A DNA stretch of 63,298 bases, the filler included, from Intoshia linei (taxonomy: Eukaryota > Animalia > Orthonectida), in assembly GCA_001642005.1 (NCBI GenBank). It is 7 parts of 7 records of this genome, joined end to end, with 100 filler letters (N's around TTAATTAATTAA, not from the genome) between each part and the next. Parts side by side here need not be neighbours in the genome. Positions count along the whole stretch, not along the records: positions 36,757 to 55,254 come from LWCA01000769.1; 6 more parts are not named here. One strand, 5' to 3'. Made by a program: the position numbers and the translations under genes. Below are positions 38,471 through 52,097 of this stretch, piece after piece (the first letter of the stretch is position 1; every line of letters starts with the position of its first letter). The notes under the pieces are model-generated. The model was not told the origin of the DNA. It did not search any database and saw only the letters and a program-made list of their open reading frames with translations.

Positions 38471-41340
38471 ATGAAAATTGATATTTATGTTTGGTTCCTA
38501 GTAATAATGGTATAATTTATTAGTATATAGTAAAATACTTTTTAAATTTTAATTAACAGATTGAATCACATCCAATGTTCTTTAATATTTGTATGGTATT
38601 TAGAAAAGTTTTACATATTCAGATTATGTTATACTCTGAAACCGTACAGAACATTGGAAGAGTTTCGCGTACTCTACATTTCTGACTTATGCATTTTTCC
38701 CATTTATAAATAATATCAATAATTGCATAATAATATCAACGTAATAAATTTAATGTAGCCGATGCTATGCCGAAAAAGCAATATATGTAATTTTTAGTAG
38801 TTCAATTTAAATTTCAATAATATGATGTATTCTATTGATACTATAATTAGTTGAAATATCACATTATTGTTACCAATTTTACCCTAAAGATAAATACATA
38901 ATGGGAAAAGTCTACAGCAATTATAAATTTATGGACATATGGTTGATGAAAAAATTTAAAGATTGTAAAATGAACGATAAAATACTAAAATTCAAAACCA
39001 TCAACAGACATTATCCCTATTTATATTCAATAATGTTTAAAATACCTCATTACAATTTAGGAGAATTTAGTATTACTAACAATTTTTGCGTTTTATTTCA
39101 AGTAAACCATTAAAAATATTGTGGAATGTAATATTTATTACATTTAGAACGAAAATAAATATTTCATAACTATTGGAATTACTTTGTTCAAAGATTCCAA
39201 CGAATCATTTTTTTATACTCTCATTTGCAATGAACAAGATTTTAATAAAAATTATGTGAGAACACGAGTCGTTAATGACAAAAAGAAATTCGATCCAATG
39301 AAAAACACTTCAAGGTAATTATATACAATATGTAAGTGTGCGACCATATTATTATATTAACTTGACAGTTATGTATTTCGTACAGCCGATAGCTTTGCCG
39401 ACGGCCGATTTTGAATTTATTATACAATGAGAGCATAATCTTAAAAACAATCCAATTATAGTTACAACACTAAAAAATCTTCACAAATAACATGAATTCC
39501 AGTAAAAATAAATATTTAAACACCAATGCAATGCACATTGATAACGCGTACATTGTACACGGTTATTTTTTATTTTTTTGAAATTGTAGGATAAATATTG
39601 AAATTTAATTTTTAATTTTAATATAAAAATTTGAATAATATTGATTGATAATATTTTAAATTATTTTTTACAGGGAGTGCGTAGATTTCTGGAATTAAAA
39701 TTTTTGATATACATCAACTGGAATAAGCTGTATCAGATAATATTTTTTTAAATTCTAGGATCATTAGTTATTGAATATTTTTTGTTTTAATAAAATAGTT
39801 ACTTACTAATGTTAATAAAAAAACCCGAATACTAATGTGATTTTGTACTCGTGAATGAGTCAATTTGTAAAATGAATTTTTTTCTGGATATTACCAGGAA
39901 ATCACTCTATTACTGTGATTTTTTTTAAAATTCTAGGACGTTGGGATCTTTATCTCATTATTACATTGATATGAGATTATATTGTGAATATTCACTTTTT
40001 TGAGGTTGCGATATATGATAATGCTTATCATTCAAAAAAAATATCTCAGAATTTATCTTATAAAAAATTCTATAATAGACCTTTTTTCATTTTTACAAGA
40101 AAGAGTAGTTTTGGGTTTTTCACCATGAAGATGGAAGTTTCAGAGGTTGAGTTTTGCGATAATGTTAAAGATTTTATAATATGTCACAAGATCTATGCTT
40201 TATAAATTATATGGTTGATTTTATTTTAAAAAAAACGGTAATTGGGTTTTTGGCGTTTAAAAACTAAATGTGTGACAATCAAAATTGCATTAAGACATTA
40301 CTTTCCAAACCTATATTAGACAGAACACAGAAATTAAACAGTACACTGAATTACACAGAAAATTTAAATCCGAATAAGTGATGACTTCACGGTCAAAAAA
40401 GCATTAACGGTGCGAAAATTAAAAAAAGATTATTCTGATAGAGCTTATTCCGGTTGATATAAATACAAAAGTTTAACCCGAGAAATCTACGCATTCTCGA
40501 TGAAAAATAATTTTAATATATTATCAACCAATATTTTTCAAATATTTCGATTAAAATAAAAATTGAAAATGCAAATTGATCCTACAATTTTAAAAATAAA
40601 TGTGCAGTGAACGTCTACACCTTTCCAATAAAGAAATATGGGTGAAAATCTATATAATTCATTCCTTCGAAATTTTTTTTATTGCTACGCAATTTTTAAA
40701 TTCCAAATTATTCTCAAAACATTTTGAATAAAACTAAAATAACTTTGTTAATATCATTTTTATATTTATTACAATCTTTTGCAAATTTGGTAAAATTCGA
40801 CTGAAATATGTTTATCAAGTGAAGATTTGGTTAATTATTGATACATAATTGGTATTTTTAATTAAGTATGTATTTATTAAATTGGTACTGAATATATATT
40901 ATCACATTGAAAATGATAATATAGGTTTTTATAATTTTATTTTTTCCGGAATTTATGTTATTTATGACAATTTTTAGAATTGGACTATTTTTTCTTTATT
41001 TTTAAATGTTAAACAAAAAATTAAGATGGAATAATTCACTCTTAAGTAAAAATTAATGTCATATGATGGTTCCACCTGAAACAAATTTAGGAACCACACC
41101 TTTAAAGGATTGATAATAGTGAATAGTAGGATTTTTAAGTTAGATTTTCAACGGGATTGATAATAGTGAATAGTAGAATTTTTAAGTTAGATTTTCAACG
41201 TGAATTTCATAACAGTCAACCTATTCAAATATAGAATCACTTATGTTATTAATTTTAGTTAAAATAATATTCATTTTGCTTTTAGAAAAATTCGATGGAG
41301 CTTCAATTTTTTAATTCCTTTGATATTAATTCTGTATTAA
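38471..41340 (+). CDS. Orphan multi-exon gene, putative secreted/GPI-anchored surface protein
   Basis: Hydrophobic start MKIDIYVWFLVIM; in-frame exons 38851-39101 and 39148-39314; last exon 41286-41340 RKIRWSFNFLIPLILILY*; 5' splice sites uncertain. Confidence 0.5.
39359..41224. mobile_element. Two oppositely oriented Helitron-family copies filling one intron
   Basis: 39359-40320 is a diverged copy on minus; 40350-41224 is on plus and ends AACAGTCAACCTAT. Confidence 0.65.
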
Positions 41341-41454
41341 AAGGTAATTAATACAAATTTATCATTGGTAATTGTATTGGTATTTTATATTTTTGTGTAC
41401 AAATGTTCATTGAAATTAACAATAAATTTTTATTAATGAAAAGCAAGGAATAAT

Positions 41455-44400
41455 TCATTTTGTATGTATCAGTTGCATCGATTTTAGTTGTTGTGTAAGA
41501 TTCGCTATTTCATCTTTGAGTGATTCGATCTGATTTTGATCTTGTGCAATTTCTTCAGATTGAAAACATAAGGATTTTCCCAATGGGAAAAATTCTAACG
41601 AGTCATTTATTATCTGAAATGTAAATATTATAGGCAATATTAATTTTATAACGTAAATTTAAATAATGGAGATTTATCAATTAAAATTACCATATTATGC
41701 ACATAAAGTTCAATAGCTGTATAATCGTTTTCGAAAGTTTCGTTTAAATATATAAAAAAAAAAACGTATGACCATTGATTATGTTCGTTATCAACATGGT
41801 TTTTAAAACCCTAAATTCACATTAAAATAATGAATTTTAGTCACATAATGTTATAATTTCAAAATTTGAATCAGAAAATTACGGTAGAATGTTGTTCAAA
41901 ATCGTAACTTGGTCTACTGCAAATAAAACAAGCAGTTTTCATATCGTTATCAACATGCCACTAGTAAATATTGCATTAATATATTAAAAAACAATTTGAA
42001 AAACAAGTAATAAAAAATATACCTTATTATCTCTCAACTCGGAAAATGTGTCTACAATAATACCAAATATTATATTTAATCCGATGGTAGTAATGATTAT
42101 GAAAAAGACAATGTCGAATATAGCTTTGTTGAATTTTTGATTAAAAGGTAGAATGGTTGGTGATTTTAAAAACTAAATGTATAAATCATATATATATATA
42201 TATAAATAATGTATAAATAAACATATCTTATGATATAAAAATCATGATGTATCAAGTTGTATAAATAATAATAAAATAATTATTTAAGAAATATGGTTAT
42301 TAGTACATAATGTTTTACAAAGCCGCTATCCAAAAGATAAGTTTTAAATGACATTAAACAAAAATCTGCCATGGATTCATTCCAATTTTTAGACCCAATC
42401 TCACGATACAAGGCAAAATGTATCAATATAAAAATCCAAATAATGATAACACCATATAATAATATCATTAATAATGATTGACCTATAATTAATGATAATA
42501 CAATGTATATAAAAATATAAAAAATATATAATTTAGATAGCTTATGATGAAAAATGTAAATTTTTGATTTTAATTACATCAAATACTCCATCGCCTATTG
42601 GCCCAGAATGCATCATGGTGAGCATACATTCATACATTGTGTTACAAAACATTTTGTCCTCGTCTTTTTTGAGTTCACGATATACGGCAAATGTGATGAG
42701 AGCATAAATATATAAAAATACAACTCCGTACAACGTCACCCATAAGAGAGAATCACCTATATAAGCGATAGCAATACATAATTTTTACAAATTACCATTT
42801 TTAGTTACTGCTTGAATAGCTCGTTTTATTAATTGATTGAATTGAGCTACATGTAATAGATGGAAGGAAAAAAAGTATCCATAATATATTGAACCCATTG
42901 CCGACATAATTAATAACAGCTAAATATAATTAGAGTATTGTACATATATACATTGTATATAGTATTATATATTAAAATTACAGTATGCCACAACGTTTGA
43001 AAACCCAATAAACGAACACTCAAATGTGAAACTCGCTCTATTTTTGATACAGAGCTATATATACTTTATTAAATAGATGTATATACAGGTAATCCTCGAT
43101 GGCGTTATGTATACACATATTACCACGCCAATGACGGAATACCCGTTATTTATTAATTTTATTAAGATTAGTTTTTTATATGTCCATTAGGGTGTCAAAG
43201 GTATTCTAAATACAATGCAGCTCAGTAATACTACTAAAATATAAATATATATAACATATATAGTATAATAATATTTGTATATGTAAAAGTGTATATCTGG
43301 AAACGTCCGCCCTCGTCAAATATCTTATATAGGTAAGTAGATAGATACTATTTGTACGAAGTATATCAAATAAAATATAGTGTATAAATAAAGGAATTAA
43401 AATATATACTAATGATATTCACTGAATAGATTTTTTTGAATATATAAGTATATATATTTTATCGTCCGTTTGAAATTGAGTAACTTTGTAATTTCAGTTC
43501 AGTTTTTTCCAAAAGAAAAAATTCAGTTCCAAGTAATAATTCTTATACACAGAATACTAGATAACTCATGGTTTCATATAATTTTTACTCGTAAAATGTT
43601 AAATAACAACTTGGATCATATTCTCAAATTACCAGAAATCATAAAATGACTGACATTGTAAACGGACGGTAACATAAAAATAATATTAATTTTAAGTACC
43701 CTCGCCGCAAAAATGAGGGTATTCTTATAGTAGGATGATTAAGAATCATGTATCCCACAAAGACTAGACATGTTGACAGATTGTGTAATATTGCTAAAAT
43801 TGTAAATGTCCATCCAAATTCAATAGGAAAATAATTATAGGTTGGTTTAAAGCTAGATAAATTAATTATTATTACAAACATGCAATACGTTATCAATATA
43901 AAAAAGTTTATAAACGCTTATTCAAAATATACAATAAATTGAGATAATTATAATTAGTTAAGTTTATATACTACTTAAGTACTTTCAGAATTTTAACTAA
44001 CATGAAATGTAAATTGGAAAATAAATTATAGGAGCCATGTAATATTCAGAATTATTTTGTATCGCGATGCATCGCGGTGGCTGTGTGTCAGCTTTTTTAA
44101 AAATCAAATTATAATTATATCATAATATTATTTATACTATGAATAGTATTCATTCCATACCTATTATAATTAGGTTTTCCATTTATGTAAGGTTGATTCC
44201 ATACTACTAGTATAAGAATAGAATATAAAAAACTTATTAACATCATGAATATATTGAGATGATAACTAAAATATTTGAAAAATATAATTAATAGAAAATA
44301 GATATATATACTCGTATTGTAAATAGAGTTTGACAATAGGTATTCGTTGAATTCGTTTTGTGTAATTTATGTCATCCATAATATCGACCGACCACACCAG

Positions 44401-47400
44401 TAAATCTCTTAATTTACTAGTTGGCGATGTACGGTCAACTTCATATTTAAATTTGCTAACTATATCTTCTCTCAAAACTTTCTATTAAAATATAATATAC
44501 AATAATGTATATGTTGTAAATTTTATAATATAGGATATATTAAAATAAATTATTATAAATGCGAATAAAATTGACATATCGGAAAAGTGACTAATGGATT
44601 CTGGGAGATGGAAAATAAGACAATTAAATTTCAATATAAACGATGCATGTAGCAATTCTCCTCAATGGGGTAGATGTATAATGTACAATGCAAAATTAAT
44701 GTTAAAATTAAATGTAAAATATGTACATTAAAGGTTTCAATAGTATAAAAGACAGGTGAAACATAATAAATTAAGCCATGATTGATAAGATTTAATTTTT
44801 ATTTTATTAAATATTTTCATAAGATTTTGGAATGAGTCTTAAAGTTAAATAGTCACTGAGTAATAATAAAACATTTACTATAATTCCATATTTAAAATTA
44901 CCTTATCATTACACTTGAAATACACTCTTTCTAATTCGCCATCCATTAAAATTTCAATAGATAATGTTTTACTGTTGTAATACTGTAATGCGGCCATTAT
45001 TTTTGGACAAGGTGCGAAATCTTCTATATTAATTTGTAATCATATATTCTATGTACATTAGGGTGTCATATTTTTTTAAAATTTAATGGGCGATTAGTAA
45101 TCAATGTATGTATTTTTAAAATAGAAGCACTATGTTGCAATTAAAAATAGCTAATGATAATTATCCGAGTTGCGCTCATCATTTTAATTATCCTTTTGAA
45201 AAGAGTATAGAAAATTTAAATGTGACTTTATTTTTCGCAAAAACATTATGGTAAGTGGTCATGGTTTATATTTTATCGACTCAACATCCACGCTTAACGC
45301 ATCGAACCAACACTCACGCATCAAAATTAAAAACCAGTAATACCATTATATATGATTAAAAATTATAATTAACGTAAAGCCTTAACTCAGTTTCTCTGAA
45401 CCTTTTGTATCTCGATGCCCGTTAAATTACGAACAACCAAAAAATTTTAAATCGAATATGAGCTATGGTCACACCTTGATCCCATCATAGTTGCTCCTTC
45501 ATCGTTACAATCAATTCATGTTTTTCTACAATTTCGACTTCCTTCAGTTATCTAATTAGTCTTTAAAATAATCATCTATTATTTGTACTCAACTTGTAAA
45601 GAAAGAAAATTTGATTCAATGACCTCATTACAATATTCATCTAGTAGTAACGGCTAACAGAAAATAAAAATGATAGGTATGCATTCCACACGCACCACCG
45701 ATGTACACAAACAAGAAATTAATCCTTCCTGTATTTAGTTATACCACGAAGGAGGTTAAGAGAGTACTCTTTACAGATTTAAATATATTAGATGATTAAT
45801 CCCTAATAGAGCGTACATACACGGAACATCTAAGTGCATCAAATACCTGTTGTTCCATTTCGTGTGCCTAACTTTTACAACATATCAGTTAAGACGTAGC
45901 TGTTTACCCCTTTCATTGCTGTATTAAATGATGAATTATGGATGTTAACCGATTTACAAAATTTTATTTGATAAATATTTAAAAACAAAAAAGGTGATAT
46001 GTGCAAAATGAGTTTTTCTAATAAAAAAAATGGAAACCATAATGGTACATATATATTCGTATACATCATTATTACAGCGTAATCGCGTCAAACTAAATTG
46101 CGACTATCATTAATTTTTCACTATTGGTCAGCCGATTGGACATATTAGGTGATTTAATCGTTAGATAGTATATTTACATGTTATTCTAATGAATTAGTTT
46201 TAACATTTGAAATACCCACCTTTCATTGGTATTACACCCAATTGAATAAGTTCTTTAATACGAGTAAGTATATAAAAATATTTAAATCCCGCGTTTAATG
46301 CGCTAGTAGCTATACTTTCTGGGTAGTCTTTTTTGGTATTGAATGGCTACAATTAAAAATCAATATATTAAATTGAATTAAATATTGATACTAATAGATA
46401 TAGATACTAACCACGGTATTTTCATAAAATTTTACAGCAATTTTGACTAGTGCCATCAAATCAAGACATTCCAATACATCCTATTATTTATATTAATCAT
46501 ACATTGTAGATATTATGAATGTAAATCAACGGTTCCGAATTGAGGGAAAATATTAAACAACCGGTCAACAACGGGTCGTTACAAATATATAAATTTATCT
46601 TTAAATTTATAACTAGAATTCAAGTATAAATAATTAAAATGTAAAGAAAATAGTAAAAAAACACACTAGTCAAAAATAAATGGCATATATAATTTGTGGT
46701 ATTGTATTAACTATTTAAATTTTGTATTGTTTTGTATAAATGTGAAAATTATAAACTATAACGATATTTCGCGCCACGAGAAATGCAAGATAAAATTTTT
46801 GTGGGCAAATCTGATGCTATACGCTTGAAGTGACACAGATTTGATGTATACATTACTGACAACTCGTTGGAGAAATATTTAAACAGTGTATTATTGTTTA
46901 TCAACAATATCTCTTCGAAATAAATGCAACAATTGCATGGTATATAAATATATATAATAATATAATAAAATATATTTCTTGTTTTAAAATTTTGAGTAAT
47001 TTGAATATAAAAAAAAGTTACTTTCAATTTAATTCAAATTAACAAAATAAATTAAAATTTAAATTATTTTTAAAAATCGATAGTTATAAAACGTTTTGAA
47101 TTATTTCTATTTTATTAAAAGTGACATTCAAGATCAAATTTTAATTACAGACTAATTTTTGAATTCTGAGTAAAATTGTTTAAGATGAATGTATTTGTAA
47201 ATTTTTATGTTTAGTGACACTTTTATGATTTGTATACTTAATTTTAATGTAATAATTGCTATTTGTGATTTATTTGTATAATGTTGGACATAACAATCGT
47301 AAATTACGTAATTAGTACGATTTGTAATATAGATTTTTAAATAATAAATGGGTGAATCGTCTTAGGAACAGCTGATGTAACAATATGCATTAACGCATTA

Positions 47401-50400
47401 GTCAAATGTACTTATATATCAAGGGTTCTCAACGTGGGCCACAGAAAATTTTCAACTCTAAAAAAAATTTGGTGTATTACGCCATAAAATTGCTAAAAAA
47501 AACAAAATCTATAAATGCATAATAAATTTGAAATATTAATTTGGAATTATGGTTTACATATTTTCAAAACTTTGAACCAGATGATGTAACCAGTTCTGAA
47601 CTAACTGAAAAACTCTTGAATTTAATTTAATTATTTTAAAAGTAGATTTGAAATTAGTAAGACGAATAGAAAAGGAAGGTGTATTTGAATTTATGGGAAT
47701 TTAAGACTTAAATCCAATTGTGTTTGATAATGTTCAATTAAGCATTATTGCTTTACCTACAACATGGCTTGTAGAAGCTGGATTTTCAGCAGTGGTCGAT
47801 ATTAAAAATATATAAGAGGTCAAAATTGGATGTGAACAACCGAGGAATAATGCGATTAAGATTGAATAAACTAATAGAAATTGATTACGATTCATTGTGC
47901 AACAAAAACCAATACCAAAGCAGTCACTAACCAGTATAAATTTAAATAAATAAATCATATTACTGTAAATAAAAGTAGATATTTTAAGGTTTTTTAAGGT
48001 GGGCCATGGAATTTTAATGGAAATTTAGGCAAAACTTTTTTGGGCCATCGTCTAAACAAGGTTGAAACCGCTTTTATATATGAAAAATGAATACAATGCA
48101 AAATTACCACACAACATTTATTTTTGTCTCGAGTATAGGCGTGTGATCGATGATTTTCTACCATGCTAACAATTAAAGTAGCTATAGAATCCATTAATTC
48201 AATACTCTAATAATATACATGATATTAAAATTGAAGTCTAATAAATATAAAAAATTTACAAACCTTATCTTCATCGATATCATTTCCTATTTCAGCACGC
48301 AGTATATAGTTAATATGATCACAAATTTTGCTATCAAAAACGCATATTTGGTTTTGGTAATTACCCTTTTAAAAATATACAATATACTATACAATACAAT
48401 ATACATTTTATTATGATTTACATAAATATGGAATATAAATCACATAATAAAACGTGAATTAATTCATATAAATTTTCTTAAAATATTAATGTTTAACATG
48501 ATTTAATAAATTTACAATTTTTCTAAGATATCTTTCAAATAAAATGGCAAAAAATTTTGCATGTTAAAAAAAGTACAGATGCAAACAATGCACAACATGC
48601 ACTATCATGTAATTTCCTCAATTAATCAATTAAAGTTAAATAAATCATACCGAAGTAAATTCTATGAGGGTATTTACAAGATTTATGGTAATTATAATAG
48701 TGTAAGAATTTATGCTACTATACAGCATTGTCATAAATTGAGACGTCGTGATAATTAAATTGACTGATTTTATATTGTCTGGCTGTTCTCGCAAGTAGCC
48801 CTATTAAGATGTATAATTTTAATAATAATTAAAAAGGATCAAATAACAAGAAACTCGAATGGTGCTTCATTTTATTTAAATATATAAGTAACCTGTAAAA
48901 TTTTATTCTGCCCATCACACATTAGTCCCAATATTTTCAAAACTAATTCAATCCCATAATCATCATTTGCCACATTCAAAATTTCTTCATTTTCCATGGC
49001 CATATTTATTATTCTATTAACGTCATTTGAAGTTGATATCTATAAATTTGATATTAATACTAAACATGTAATTTTATTAATCACTGTTAATGATACTTAC
49101 ATCGACTGCAACATTGACTGATTTCATTTTGTCATCAGGTGCAATTTTGTTTACCGAAACTTTTTTTTTAGATTTTGCTGTTACCAAGCCAAATCTTTTA
49201 ATTCCAGTATTCCCTGAATCTAATTGAAACTTTGGTATGGCTCTAGTTTCAGGCACTACGGATGTTTTTGTTCCATGTTTCGCACTTTTTAATCGATTTT
49301 TTATCATTGCACTAGGATTTCTCTAAAATATGCATTGATTAATACAAAGTATTAAATGTTGACTTACATAATTCGTTTTTTGTGAATTTAAAGACAGTTT
49401 TCCGTTCTTTAGTGCAGATTCTAACCTTTTAAATTGTTTTCTCTATACCCAATATTAAATTAAAAAATGAAAAGGATACACTGTAAAATGTACGTTAATA
49501 ATAAGTAAAAATAACCGATTCCATCTTATCTTTTGCATTAGTCTGTAGAGCTGATTGAAACCTAATCACATCGGCTATGGCTTCCGATATTTTCTGTTGA
49601 TGTTGATTTATTAAGGAACGTCTAGTTTTAATTTTAAAAAGTTGAAGATTTAAAAGATTAATGTTAATTAAACTTAATTTAATATATTAGTTAATCAAAA
49701 TTAATAGTTAGATAATTGTAGAAATAAATGTGATGTCTAACCTTTCCTTAATTCCGATAGAGGCATTTTCTAAGAAAGCTTTGATAGCGAAAAAAAAATT
49801 TTCCTCCCGTGAACCAAGAAAGTAGCTTACATAACTATTCTAAAAATAAATTTAGATGTATACAAAAAGAAAATACCTGAACTTGACGATTTCCCATGTA
49901 TAATATTTTAACCATTAAAGCTAAAGCTTCTCTAATGATGATGCTGTTGTTTTTGGATAAATGTGGAGAAAGAAATTTTACAATGCCATATTCATTTAAA
50001 GCATATTGGACACTTTTTATATCTTTCAAAATTCTAAATACATTATATTATAAAATCATTACAAAGTAATCAAACTTTTTAATTTTTTTATTGTTTATAT
50101 TGTAATCTTCAGGTAATTTAACAATTTCGTTGTGTATTAAGCATCGCAAAATTTTCATTGTTCGTACGTCCACTTCTTCCTGTTCAGCCTTTTCTTTTTC
50201 GTCATTAAACGTAAAATGAATTGATATTCTTAATTGAATTAAATTAATTTAAATATTATTTTATACATCACATATCAACTAGGTGACACAAAAACCATGG
50301 GCTGATCAAAGTGCACCGGAATGACATAAAATAATATACACCACGTATAAATAATCATAACATGGTTGGATAGTAGAGTGTTCTCTGAAGCATTCTATAA

Positions 50401-50590
50401 CCGCAAGGTATCTTCCAATAATGGATTTAATGTTTGGAACTCGTATTAGTTTTTCAACGCTTTCTTCCAATCTAGGAAAATCAAAAAATCTCTTAGCCTT
50501 TATCTTTATATTACCGGAACGCTCTTTCGGGCTTTTAGTTGTAGTATTAGAAACATTAAACATTAAAATATCAGTAAAATCAATAATCAC
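41455..50590 (-). CDS. ITPR: IP3-receptor/ryanodine-receptor-family Ca2+ release channel (divergent ITPR-like), 3' half
   Basis: RIH-associated motifs LKILGLMCDGQNKILQ, LREQPDNIKSVNL, GNYQNQ; SIEIL...LERVYF; TM region FHLLHV...AVTKNG; DIVFFIIITTIGLNIIFGIIVDTFSELRD; CFICS...HVDNEHNQWSY; C-terminal coiled coil. 5' boundary uncertain. Confidence 0.92.
42307..42482 (-). other. ITPR-like pore exon B, tandem duplicate, candidate mutually exclusive exon
   Basis: AG|GT CAA TCA...CAT TAT|GT; 176 nt, phase 1 to 0, open frame; GQSLLMILLYGVIIIWIFILIHFALYRE...NESMADFCLMSFKTYLLDSGFVKHY. Confidence 0.75.
42578..42756 (-). other. ITPR-like pore exon A (TM5, luminal loop, pore helix, filter)
   Basis: AG|GT GAT TCT...TTT GAT|GT; 179 nt, phase 1 to 0; GDSLLWVTLYGVVFLYIYALITFAVYRE...CNTMYECMLTMMHSGPIGDGVFD. 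Confidence 0.9.
47420..48073 (+). mobile_element. hAT Buster deletion derivative in an ITPR intron
   Basis: TIRs CAAGGGTTCTCAAC / GTTGAAACCGCTT; TTATATAT on both flanks; IIALPTTWLVEAGFSAV motif. Confidence 0.8.
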
Positions 50591-52097
50591 AATGCGCAAA
50601 ATATCATACAGAATCAAATTAAATAAATTGTTAATGTTGAATTAATAATAATGAAACAAAAATAATCGGTGTCTGATTGATGTCTAACTAACGGGATTTA
50701 GGTAAATAGGATTACATAGTTTAATGTAATTATTATTATTATTAATTATAAATTATAATGTAATTATTAATCAGAATCAAAGTATTCATTTTCCGGTTTA
50801 ATTATTAATAATCCACAAATATTTTATGTATTATATTTTATAACCACATAATACCGTTAACAATATCTAAGTTAAATTAATAATAAATTGAGATTGATGA
50901 AAACTGTTTCCATCGAGTAGTCTGATGTTTTTAAAAATTATGATGATAAAATTTAAATTTAAATTTAACGGAATTTTTGTACTTGTGAAAAATTCATAGT
51001 CCGTTAATCAAGAATTTTTTTCCGTTAACGAAAAATTAGCCTGTATAATGAAAATAAACTAAATGACAAAGTTACGAAAAATATATTATATATATTTTAG
51101 GAAACTATTTTGTCGACGTGGGCCTGACTTTTTCAAAAATTATACTTTAAAAACATAGCAATCATAAATATACTTACATTTCTCATCATGTATGTATTTT
51201 TGTTTTGTGAAAAAGTTAACACCCTAATGGCTATACAATATGTATTTCAATTTTCAATATTTAAATTTTTTTAAATAATTCTCGAAATTAATTTGATTAC
51301 TCATTACAACGTGTCAGCCCATAAAGCCAATATAGACTATATTCATTCGATAAAATCAATAGTAAAAATAAGTTAAATTCCATATACTATACATATTATA
51401 TTATGTTATATTATATTAAATATGTATTTTATTATAAATATTTATTGTTATAAGTACATATAATTAATTTTAATTTAATTTAATTAATAATTTTATAATA
51501 TCAATTACAGTGAGTAAATTTATATATATATATATTACTAGTCGAAGTCCAGCGATTACAGGGCTGCGGGCAAACAAATAGTGATGGTAGCTTACTAATT
51601 TTATCTGAAATTAACTTGAATTTTTTTTTGTTTGTTTTAAAGATTGTAGATAAATGGCAAATCGAGAGGGTTATTCCTAATGAAATTTAAAATTTTTTTT
51701 ACAATTTTGTTCAGCATAGCAAAAAACCTAGATACTGAAATATACTTTTTTTTAATTTGAGAAAAGTTGTAAAAATTAATACCCTTATGGTATCATGCTG
51801 ATATAAAATTGAAATAAATAAAAATTTAACACATTTGATATACACTTTAATTTTTATTTTAAAAATTTTTTATTTTTATAACACGTTAACAACTATACAT
51901 GAGAATAAGTGAAGCCACATTTGTAGAATATTCTAATTAAATAATTTTTATCCTTCATAAATTCCAGGGATACGATATTTGGTGTATTTTCACATTAATG
52001 TTTTCATTGTTTAGTGAGTAAATTATTAATTTTATTTTTATGCGGCGGTATTATAACACAAATATAAAATCACAAATACAATGTCAAAATGAATATA

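Noticed and set aside
43095-43140. Short imperfect hairpin in the ITPR intron upstream of the alternative exons
   Set aside because: Weak stem and no visible complementarity to sequences flanking exon A or B, so no support for a docking-site/selector role.
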